A stretch of DNA of 39,437 nt from Intoshia linei (Eukaryota; Animalia; Orthonectida), in assembly GCA_001642005.1 (NCBI GenBank), contig LWCA01000216.1, positions 1 through 39,437 of the forward strand. The letters are read 5' to 3'. Of the stretch, positions 24,501-37,056 are shown one piece after another. Each line of letters begins with the position of its first letter. The stretch's first letter is position 1. Below the pieces are notes generated by a model that saw only the letters and a program-made list of their open reading frames with translations, ran no database searches and was not told where the DNA came from. Made by a program: the position numbers and the translations under genes.

Positions 24501-27500
24501 GTAAATAAATTTAAAATAAAATTAACTAAAAAAATAAATTCAGACTAACCAAAATTTTTAATTTTTATAGCAGTGTTTCCCAAATGCCGGTCCGCGGGCC
24601 AGTACCGGTCTCTAACAAATATTTACGTGCCGAAAATAATTTTGAAATTTTTTTTGTAATTAGTAATTAAAAGTCAATTGATTAAGTTTTTTATCAAATG
24701 TTTTTAATGGTGGCTAATAATTTCGCTTTAACGGTCCGCGATGAATTTTATAATTTAATACCGATCTAAAAAATTGTCGGAAACACTGGTTTATATTGTT
24801 ATACCGGGGTCGGCAACCAGTGACACATGGAATACTTTCGGTGGTCCTTTGAATAAATATGTAAATTTTTTATTTTTTATTAATCAATATATAACCGTGA
24901 ACTGGGATTAAAATTTGAATTAGAATGTATTGTCATTAATTCAATTTGAATGATATATTTATCAAAATTAATCCTGGTTTGATATTCGCTACTTCAAAGA
25001 TTTGTTTATATAGTTACATGAGTAATGGGACCGTATAATATTTTTATATAAAAAAATGGTCCACGAGATGCAGAGGCTGCTGATCCCTGTGTTAAACTAT
25101 GTATTATAAGTACCTGTTATCTATTATATAATATACATTATTATTTTCAAGATCCCTGTGATTATCAATTTTTTGATATACATACATGTATTTAATTTTT
25201 AGATCGTTAGAATTTTTATATCCTTATGGTGCAACTCTAAATACACAAAACCCAGCAATACCAGTTCTATCAACTGGACAGGTCTGCTTTCCAGTTAATC
25301 GCCCAATAACATCTTTTTACCATAGTAAGGTAATACTCTTATATTATCACGTATTTACAAATTAAACTAGTCAAACAATTCAAAAATTGTAGTAGTAGGC
25401 TCAATTCATATGTTTTCGGATAGGTACATAGAGAAAGAGGAAAACAAAAAAATTTTGGTATGTTATTTATAATAAATCCATCCATTACCTCAAGGAGAAT
25501 TGTTTAAGTAACCTTTAACTTTTCATTTAAATAAAAACGATTAAATTAACGATAAATTTTTTAATAATTTTCGTTAAAAACCTTTCTTCTTGAAAACCTC
25601 CTCCATGTCTAAGTTTTTGGCCACGACGAAATTTTTGTAGAAAGGGGTCTCATTAAATAAAAATAATTAAATTATTAAAAATTTGAATATCATAAGTACA
25701 TGTATTAATGTACTAATTTTAATTGCAGATGTGCAAGGTGCTATTTTTGCATTTCGTGAGCCTCGAGCATGTTAAATCATGGCAGGTTCTACTCTAGAGT
25801 GATGATAATCATTTTTAAATGTATGTCACAATTCGGCCGTGGCATCATACGGTTTTTTGTATTACATTATGTATATTAAACTTTAGGATCTAATAATACG
25901 ATATTTGGTAACTGATGAAATAAAACTAAATGAAATCGATGCTCATAATCCTGATGTAATAATATAGTGCTCAAAGATTTATATATTGTAGATTTCGGAT
26001 TATTTATCCCAACCAAACAATGCTTTAATTTCAAATTACCCAAAGACTTGTCTACAACAATCTGATAATATTATATTACCTTCTTCAAATCAAATATTTG
26101 ATCAAAATTTAAACAGCGTAAGCAATGACCTGTTACCAGTCGTAATGAAGTAAAATTTATAAAATATAAATCAATTATTCTTTAAAACCCATGAATGGCA
26201 GTATTAAGATTTGGCTAATAAATTTTACACAAATCTAGAATTATGCATCTAATAAACATCATTTAATTTACATTATAATAAGTAATTTAAATGAAACCAG
26301 AAGGTATGTATAGATCATTATTATAACGGTTAAAATGTAACCGTTTAGACTTGCATTTCTTTCAAACACTGTCGTCATTTTCATCTTATCATATAGTATA
26401 TGATCAATGATCATATTAACTAGAGTTCTGCAACACGGCCAGAAGTTCGTATTTGAACCGTAATTTCGACAATTTTAGTTTGCATTGTGCCAACTTCGAT
26501 CAAATTTCGGCCGTGAGCCAGAACTCTAATATTTTGTTATAATAAATATAATAGAAAATACAACGAATTGCAAATAGAACATAAAAACTTGTCTCTAATT
26601 AAACCACAATTTGAAACACCGTTGCCACCACTTCAACCCGCAGTAATTACTGTCGTACACAAAATGTGAAATCATACCAAGAGTGAAAAAATAAAAAAAG
26701 TGCTAAATATTTAAATTAAATGACGCATGCATTTTATTTCAGTCTTGGTGCGATTTGAATCTTTGGATGTGACAATTAATAATTTTAACATTTTATATTA
26801 ATCATTATATTATTTAGATATTTTTTCCCGAATTTTGTGAATTTTCAAGTCCAAAAATAGAGCTATATGATTTGGATGAGCAATTTTGTTCAACCGAAAA
26901 CAAATTGGCACAATTAGCAAATAAATGTATATTTTATATCAATTGGACCAACTAAGCAAATTGAGATAAGGGTTAAAAATTTTAATTTAGAAATTTAGCC
27001 GACCAATGCAAATTTTTGTTATTAGCCTTCTTTAAAAATTTTAACTACCATTACATTTTTATAATTCAAAAAGTTTAACTCATATTACATGGACCAGGGG
27101 TTCCCAAAGTGGGCGATTATAAAAACATAAATAGAAATTTTTTTGAATATATTTCAGTATAGTAAAATTGATGCGGTATTAAATTTAAAATATAGTTCCA
27201 TGTCAAAGTTCATTGATCGTTTTATTAATTAACATTTTATTTATTAATTAAACACATTTAAAACATGTTTTATTGAAACGTTATAAAATTTTATTATAAA
27301 ATAAATTATATATTTTATTTACAAGTGGAAAATTTTTTTAGGGGTCGTTGATAAGATATATTGCTAAATAGGGGGCGGTAGGCAAAATGAGTTTGAGAAT
27401 CCCTTGCATGGACTATAATTTTATTTCTGAACGTAAATAAAAATATTGTTAATCTGGGATTATTCCAGTCATTTTTAAAATTTTTAAATGATTAAACTAA

Positions 27501-28618
27501 AATTAAAATTGCATGTTTATCGATTTTTTGGAACATGCCTAAATTTTTTTAAATTATATTTTGTTAATAAATTTGTTACTTTTAATAATATATTTTTTAT
27601 TAATGCACCATGTCATTAATATGTATCATACATATTCAGTGGCAGCTCGTCATTGAAGGCTGCAGGGCTGTATGTAACTTACACACTGAAATTCAAAAAT
27701 GAAACAACCATATTAAATTTTAATACATGGAACAAATTTTTTTTCTTGCAGTCCTATCAATTATGTTGTCTACGAGCCTCTACTTAACATATTACTCAGA
27801 TTTGTGGAGACAATGTGCAATATACAAATCATATTTACTTGTTAATAAGTTTAAATAGGTAATGAAGAGGATTTAGACTATTTTATTCAAGAATGTGGAA
27901 AAATACTGAATATCGATAAATATATAGAAGGCTCAATAGATTCTAAAGATGTGTTATATCATGTAGTTTCAGTTATCGTAAATTACAGAAAAGGAGATTT
28001 AGTAATTATAACAATTTTAATCCATAGATAGCGGGGGAATTACTCATTAACGTACTATGCACTTTTATCGAGTAAAAAACCTCGGTTTATTTTTTTGATA
28101 ATCATAGAATAAATTTAAAATTGACAAAAAAAAACACATAAACTTAGATTCTAAATATAAATATAGAAATATAATGTACAACATTTTAATAAATGTTTTA
28201 TTTTTAAAAAAAATCTGTAGTACATAATATTCTATTTGCATAATCATAGTTTTCCATAAATCGAATTTAATGTTTAAATATAATTCAAAAATAACAAACG
28301 TTGAATAAAAATTAATGTTCGTTATCTCATAAATGTTGAAGTTTTTAAGCTTAATTTTTTTGAAAAAATATAAGATATGATTTCCAATATTTTTCATCAT
28401 TTTTGACAAAAATTCAAATAAAACATTACAACTCTAACACTACGATATATTAAAATGAATGATTCATTTTTATGAATACTATGCTTTCCATTATTCCAAA
28501 AATTTCATACTATAGTAATTAATATTGAACATTTACAATTCAAATTTAGACTTTGGCTGACTACAACTCTCAAGTTTCTGACATGGATTTGGATTTAACC
28601 AATGAATATATTTATTAA
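21539..28618 (+). CDS. IFT52: Intraflagellar transport protein 52 (IFT-B), about 13 exons
   Basis: Exons approx. 21539-21648, 21693-21780, 23113-23239, 23323-23398, 24438-24500, 25203-25329, 25371-25457, 25887-25955, 25992-26149, 26554-26642, 26818-26926, 27859-28001, 28550-28618. The last exon is less sure; read-through would stop at 28031. Motifs TNINFLIEQYG, YYKYFHPKEA, FLYPYGATL, LSTGQVCFPVNRP, MFSDRYIEKEEN, LIKPQFETPLPPLQPA, LAQLANKC. Confidence 0.95.
21819..22230 (+). mobile_element. Helitron-like family A 5' portion in IFT52 intron 2
   Basis: Begins A|TCCTAACTTATATAATATG...GTTTGTCTGTGTGTG; its reverse complement matches 20940-21358. Confidence 0.75.
23427..23629 (-). mobile_element. 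Complete 203-bp non-autonomous Helitron in IFT52 intron 4
   Basis: Minus strand reads A|TCCATCATTTATATAAAA...TGTGTATGTGTG...hairpin...AGCTAG|T: 5' TC, 3' CTAG, inserted between A and T, no TSD. Confidence 0.85.
23837..24174. mobile_element. MITE family C copy in IFT52 intron 4
   Basis: TIRs TAGGGGTCGGCAAC / GTTGCCGACCCCTG; TSD ccttagag / ctttagac; the interior is an inverted match to 14382-14694. Confidence 0.88.
24571..24788. mobile_element. Buster/Charlie-type MITE
   Basis: TIRs CAGTGTTTCC / GGAAACACTG; TSD ttttatag / gtttatat; GGTCCGCG subterminal motifs. Confidence 0.82.
24805..25089. mobile_element. MITE family C copy (rearranged interior) in IFT52 intron 5
   Basis: Ends CGGGGTCGGCAAC / GCTGCTGATCCCTG; TSD tgttatac / tgttaaac. 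Confidence 0.78.
26421..26528. mobile_element. 108-bp MITE (Ac-like ends)
   Basis: TIRs TAGAGTTCTG..CACGGCC / GGCCGTG..CAGAACTCTA; both flanks begin atatt. Confidence 0.7.
27095..27405. mobile_element. hAT MITE in IFT52 intron 11
   Basis: Ends CAGGGGTTCCCAAA / TTTGAGAATCCCTT; TSD acatggac / gcatggac. Confidence 0.8.
27637..27785. mobile_element. hAT MITE
   Basis: Ends CAGTGGCAGCTCGT / ACGAGCCTCTACTT; TSD tacatatt / aacatatt. Confidence 0.75.
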
Positions 28619-28756
28619 ATTGTTAAGTACATTTATATATAAAATGAATTTTAAATAAAAATTTAAAATATACATAGTTCAAATAGTCAATTAAATAGCA
28701 AGTTTGAAAATTTTTAGTGATTTAAGATTATTTTATTTATTGAAAATATAGACAAA

Positions 28757-30625
<1,869 letters not shown>

Positions 30626-31127
30626 AATTCAAAATGACTTTAATTAATGAATAAAGTTTTATTCATTTTATAGAAATACCGTTTATTAGTAAAACACGAA
30701 TGGTTATGAAGGTTTCGCAGCAATGTGTTTTATGAAATATTCTTTGAATACATTTTTAGAAACTAAACATTTTTTTGTCAACTGGATGAGAGACTTCAAA
30801 AATTTAACATTAAGGTTATTATAAGCTATCATTTTTTGTCAATTTCAAATAATTGATGAATTTCCATCTATTTTCGCACAAATTTTAGACACACCTCTGT
30901 ATTCACTAATTATCCACCCAATCAGTTAATAAAAATGATTGTCGATACAATTAAAGTTACATAATTTAATTAATTATGAGTAATCTAAATCAGGCATTCC
31001 TCAACCCTTTTTCGCTAGGACCCCCAAAAATTATATAAATTACATTCATTACTTATATAAAATTTAATGTGTGTGTTACCGTTTATTTTCAAAACCAACT
31101 TGCTAATATAGTTTTTCAAGAGTGATA

Positions 31128-31204
31128 CAGTCCGCCCCGGTGCAGGGCATACTCGGTTTTTGGGAATTTTTCAAAAAATGGTGCCCTAATCCGAGTTCCG
31201 ACTG
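31128..31204. mobile_element. 77-bp TA-flanked pogo/Tigger-type MITE
   Basis: TA|CAGTCCG...GGGCA...TGCCC...CCGACTG|TA. Confidence 0.62.
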
Positions 31205-31316
31205 TAATACAAATTTCAAATAGAAAAACAGTAGACAACATAATTTATTGAAACAGTTTTAACATACACACGTATAGAATAATTGATTTTAATACTACTA
31301 CAATAAGAGACTACAT

Positions 31317-34300
31317 CTAAGGTCTATTTGGTAATTTCGGAGTAGGTCTTCTAAATATGAATACAAATTAAGTAAATTTAATTAATAATATAATTAATTA
31401 ATACATCTAAGTATATATGTTAATAAATAAAAACATTCAAGACAAGAAAACATTTAAAACCTCGGAGAAGGAGGTGTATGATGTCTAAATGATTATAAAA
31501 ATAATGTAACAAATAATATTACGATGGTAATATTGGAGGTGGTAATCCACCGCTAGTTTTATTTTGATTGAATGGATTAAATAAACTTTTGTCTTTAGGT
31601 TGAGGAGCTGTACGAATAGGAGCATTTTTTTGTTTAATAGGCTCATTAGAAAAACTAAACATTGTAAATCGATAATATTCAAAATACCCTGAGGTAGGAA
31701 ACATGGAATCAAATCGATTATTATCTAGCCTTTTAGGTAACGTAGATTGAACCGAAGATATTTTGAGTGGAACCGTTTTTACAGATGGCGGCAATGGTGT
31801 TGTATTGGTAGAACAAGATACTTGATTAATTATGGCAAGAGCTTCTTTAGTTGCTTCAAAGAATTTTATAGTTTCTTCTCTGTTAATTCGCTCATTTTCA
31901 GATTCTTCTAATAAGTTATTGGTATTCTAAAAATGTATGATTTAAAAATTTGTATATAATTTTAATAAATGGTCAATTTGCAACTTTTCCATTTCATTTT
32001 CGGGGTTTAGGGAAAATTTTTATCAAATAACAAAAATTATTTTTATATCAATAAAACCCAATTTTATATTTTTCTAAGGGTGTCTACTTTAATCCAACCA
32101 TTTTTACTGAAAATCAAAATTTACCATCGCTTTAGGGAAAAATCGTTGGTATAACTAGAATTTTACATAAAGGGTTGTTAAAACTGAATTTTTCCTTTTA
32201 GGGTTAGTAAAAGTAGATTTTAAGTAAAAATCGTTGTGTTTAAGAATATTCTGTTTTGCTAAAGACTTTAATTAAAAATGATTGATAAACTAATAACGTC
32301 CAATGGAAATCTCTAAAAATACTAATCCACATTAAACCAGTGATATACATATTATGGCCGTATCTCTACCAATTGACCATGATATTCGGTCCAACAAAAA
32401 TTAAATTTTTTCCAAAGTAATAAAATAATATTAATTTTGTGATAAAGAAATTCCAGAAATAATGAAAATTGGATTAAAACGTTGCATCAATGTTATACGA
32501 TAATCATCGTCTGAAATTTCCCCTAAATTTTAGAAATTAACAAAATTAAATTCAATCGTCTACTTAAATTAAATTAAGTCTTAATCGATAATACTAAATT
32601 CAATCACATTAACATCATGGTTTCCGATCCAAATAATGTACGGAAGTGCCGTGGGACCTCTAAATTAAAAAACTATATGCTATAAAAGATTAAAAATTTT
32701 AATTAAAATTGCAACGTTAGAAATCGGTATTTTCCCAGTTAAAACGCAAAATACCATTTTATAACTCAATATTAAAATAAAAATTAATTTTATCATACAA
32801 AGATCCCAACTTACCATGCTTGATACCCCTTTGAGTAAATATGTAAATTATTTATTTTTCAAGTTTTAAACACAGTTTTAAATATTTTTTAACATAATTG
32901 GCTCATTATGCTCATTTTAATAGTGAATTTTTAGATCGTTCCGGATTTTATTTTATTGAATATACTAGAACCCTTTCTCTTCAGTTAAAATTGAATGTAT
33001 CATGTATACATTTTCAAAAACGGGGCCCGTATAATTTTTTGATACAACAAAGTGGCCCACGAGGTGCAAAAGGTTGCCGATTCCTCCCATATAAGCTAAC
33101 ACCATTCCAAGAGTTTGGACTTGATAATTATGACATCAAAAAATATTTTTTTGCAATTGCTTAAATTGTAAAAACGATAGAGATCCGTAATAAATGCTTA
33201 TTTAAAAAAGCTTAAATGCAAAAATTAATATTTTTTTTAAGCTCGGGCTATAATTCAAAAAAAGTTGAGAATCCTTGACTTAAATACTGGGCCAAGAAAT
33301 GTGACAATTTAAACATCAATATAATTATATGTCAATATAGATTTTCAAAAAGGTTAGTAGTCCAAAAGAATTTGAATAGTTTAATCTTGCCATTAATACA
33401 ATCAAAATATATATTAATGTCATTGTAAAGTATTAAAAAAGTGAAAAAAATGAAATTGACAAAATAAATTAAAAGTATTGATTTAATTTTGAAATATAAA
33501 TTACCATTCTGGAAAACAAATAAGCCATAAGATCACAACTTAGGAATGATTTAAGCTATAAAATATGATGAAAAATATAATACAAAGTCTAAATAAAAAA
33601 ATTACATAATTAATGTAATAGAATATGACCATTTTCGGAACGAGATCTAACTGTGTCTTTAAAGTAATTTTCATATACGAACTGACATAACGTTTTATGA
33701 TAAAAATTTGTTTCATAAGTTGTACATCCTTGGTATCTTTGCAATCATTCTAGTGAAATTATTAATACACTAAAATTGATAAAACATACTTGTTTTTCTT
33801 TGGCTTCTTCTTCTGCGGTACTCCCCTTTTCAATTGTGACACCTGCACAAAGCAAAGCAGCTTTCCAGTCCTCAATGTCATCATTGGTGGTACTATTTAC
33901 GGAAAGTTCAAGATGTCGAAAATCTTTGTAAATATAACTAAAACATGATAAAAACAAAAGATGAAAAATGATACTTTCCGTGTCTAGAATATAAAATAAT
34001 TTTGCATTTTTTGTTTGACATAAATCCCGATTGTTCCGTAAATTTCTGAACAATATCGTTGAGTAGCAGCACGTGCTTGGCTTCCCGTTCTTCCGAGTCT
34101 TTGTACCATGTTAGCTTTTTGTTTGTCAAAACAAACCACATGTCTTTTTGTCGGAATTGCAAATTATGAGTACACAAATAACCTTTGCGGATCAAATGCT
34201 CTTTGTCTTTCTTGGAATCTTCTTCTACGTCGCCAACTTCTTCATCTTGTTGATTTATAAATTCAGGGTGCTTAGTATTCAAATAACTCACTTGGTAATT

Positions 34301-35887
34301 TATCATCATTTCAATAGCTTTTTTGAGAAGCTTGTCCTGTTTATCCAATTCTGTGATCAAAAGACTAGACAATTCGGCCATCATAATAGGATACCTTTCT
34401 ATGGATTTTAAAATTTCGTGAAAAATCGTACGCATTTCGGCATTTACTAAATCTACAATTTTTATACATGGCTCATAAAGCTCTTTAATGATATCCAATG
34501 TAATAATTTCAAAAGCTTTAGTAGGAGAAAAAATGGAGGATTTTATACCTAATGAATTTTTAATAATGTAACCAATATGAGTATCCATGTCGCGTCCGTT
34601 TATGTTTATCTTGTTGATTTCGTACGACAATCTTTCATGTAAAAGCGAAGATATTCTAGCACCACTAGACAATTCGGTACCACTCAGATTTCCTTGCCCA
34701 TCAACAGCAGAATTAAATTTTTCAGAAATTACATTAAGATGGGCAGCAATAACTTTTGTCGTTTTTGAAGGATCATCAGAAGTCACGTCATCGTATTGCT
34801 TAATTTCATTTTCTAAAATTTTATATTTCATTTGTATTCGCTCCTTGAGTGAAGGTAATACCATTCGTATATGATTAGTTAGTTGATCACTCAATGTTTT
34901 TTGAAGAAATTTGGTACCTTGTTTGCTGTGAATTTGACGATATGCCGGATTTTTTAGAAAAAATTCACGCTCAGAATTCAATGCTGAATTTATATCCTTT
35001 TTACCATCAATATCGCGTTGACTACGGTTCACTATTCCAATATAACCGCGTCTAAGAGGTATCACTTTATTCATTAAAGTATCTTTAGCGTCGGTTCCAG
35101 AATCCATAATATCTAATTTTGTAATGACACCTATTGTACGAAATCCAGAAGGATCTACCTCTCTAGCGATATTAAGTGCGTCTGAATTTGCTAAATCTAT
35201 ATTAGCTGGCGTTACAGCCAAAATTAAAGTATTTTCAGAACTGATATATTCCAAAATCATAGCACGTATACTTTCACCAATGTCATGAGGTTGGTCGCCC
35301 ACAGCAACCCTAGTCATCCCAGGAAGATCAATCAAAGTCAAATTCAAAACATTAGGAGAATATACCGTCAAATTGATGGCTTTATTAGAAATATTCTTAT
35401 TGGGGACAGTACGTTCAGTTTCATCAACTATTTCTTGACATACTTTATCAAAATCGTAAAAAATTTTGCCTCTACAATGCAGAAATTCAGCATATTCTTC
35501 TTCTTTTTGAACCAATTTCAGCACCAATGGTCGCCTAGTTACAATACCATTTCCTCTTGGAAGAAAGTCACTAAAACGAAATTAATTTAAAATTAAATGA
35601 TAAAAATTTAGATAAATATTAGTTCACTAAAAAATGCCAAAACAAATTAAAATGTCTAAAACACACAATTTCAATTTTTGATGAAAAATTGATATTCATT
35701 GTACTAAGATGAAAAAGTAAGTTTACCGTCCAACAAAATTTTCTAAAACGCTACTTTTTCCAGCACTTTGCGATCCAACAACCGCAATTTGAGGTAAATC
35801 GAGGAAAAAACCTTCTCCAGTAAGTGTTGCAGTATCTTGCAACTTATTTACAAGTGGAATTAACGATTCTATATCCCGATTATTCAT
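31317..35887 (-). CDS. DNM: Classical dynamin (GTPase-middle-PH-GED-PRD), divergent
   Basis: Exons approx. 35887-35727, 35570-33975, 33937-33790, 33749-33606, 33555-33505, 31926-31522 (possible 33-nt intron 31687-31655), 31484-31461, 31350-31317. G1 GSQSAGKS, G2 VTRRP, G3 DLPG, G4 TKLD; PH domain ([37 protein letters not shown]); GED (YMKI..DLVPKMV); proline-rich tail. Confidence 0.95.
32800..33088. mobile_element. MITE family C copy in dynamin intron 5
   Basis: Interior matches 23880-24170 (GAGTAAATATGTAAAT..TACTAGAACC..GTGGCCCACGAGGTGCAAAAGGTTGCCGA). This accounts for ORF 32898..33164. Confidence 0.8.
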
Positions 35888-36566
35888 GTGCTAATTTAGA
35901 TTAGTCGTTAGATTTAATATTACAGATTTAATTCCCGGTTTAGGAACAAAATAAATACAAATTTCCAAACACAACAAAATTTCGAGAGGTGTAAATCAAG
36001 TATTGTTCGTTTTCTCCACAATTATTCAATTTTTGCTTCTAAAGAAACTGCTTCATAAACATTCACTTTTAGACCTTATTTAATTCTATGGAGATTTGAA
36101 ATTATAATGTCCTATTTTCAACTCCACATGTCGATTGACACAAATATAATATTATGAAAATATCAATAATGAAAATAAGAGATGTTTCAATATTAATACG
36201 TTACTTGTATCCGTATCTCATAATTTTAGTCGTAAATACTTTAATCAAATTTTAATTTAGTTTTAATATTCAAAAAATTTTTAAAGTTTATTTTGAGGAT
36301 AAGGCCAAAAAATGTTTTCAGTTTTCTCAAATTTCGTTTTAAATTAAAATTTAATTGCTGATTCAAATATTTAGTACGTTAGTCATGTTTTAATCGATAT
36401 TGTAGTTATTTCGTATTACAAATTGTAAACTGGTACAGCGTAAATCGATAAAATGCACCCAAAGTAGAATGGTAATACACGCACGTGTAATGATTTTTCT
36501 GGCAATGTTATATTTAATTTTTTTTGTTAAGATAAATATGGTTATGTGGTACACTGTACCATTGTA

Positions 36567-36811
36567 CAGTACCGATCCTACGAGACCCTTACTTGGGCCT
36601 CGCATTTTTAATTTGATCATTAAAAGAATTATGTTCTTGACATATTGTGAATATAAAAACTATTTTGTGTTAAATTTAGGATGTCAAGTTAAAGGTCTTG
36701 GAAAGGTGGCTAGGGTATATGGCATTACATTACTAATTCGTTTTCGCAAATTTTTAGAGGCTTTTTATTTTCGGGAAGAGGTGAGGGATGAACATGGTAG
36801 GTTCGGCTCTG
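36567..36811. mobile_element. hAT-like MITE; related copy at 3885-4114
   Basis: Ends CAGTACCGATCCTAC / GTAGGTTCGGCTCTG; the same TIR CAGAGCCGAACCTAC occurs at 3885. No clear TSD. Confidence 0.6.
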
Positions 36812-37056
36812 CTACTCAAATATCGTTAATATCTAGAATGACATACTGAGTTACAAAAATGAAGAGCTAGTAAAGGTAGTAGTTTGTTGAAATAAGGTTC
36901 ATCTGATTTAAATTAACAAAAACAAACATTGACTCTTTGCTAGAGACATTATAGTCAGATAAACTGATAAAATGAAATACAAAACTTTTATACTCGTAAT
37001 CATATTTTTGGCTTTATTTTTAATGCTTCTTCCAATCGTCATTATTATTTCTGTTT

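Noticed and set aside
28065-28409. 114-aa minus ORF (also 5747..6034, 10047..10253, 13586..13807, 21837..22031)
   Set aside because: F/I/K/Y/N-rich products typical of chance ORFs in AT-rich introns or repeats.
32000-32210. Scattered TTAGGG motifs
   Set aside because: Not tandem, so not an interstitial telomere array.
34148-35590. Plus-strand ORFs 34148..34411, 34587..34874 and 35285..35590
   Set aside because: Antisense shadows of the dynamin exon.
36390-36849. Overlapping ORFs of 126 aa and 76 aa
   Set aside because: They span two adjacent MITE-like elements and contain no recognisable protein motifs.
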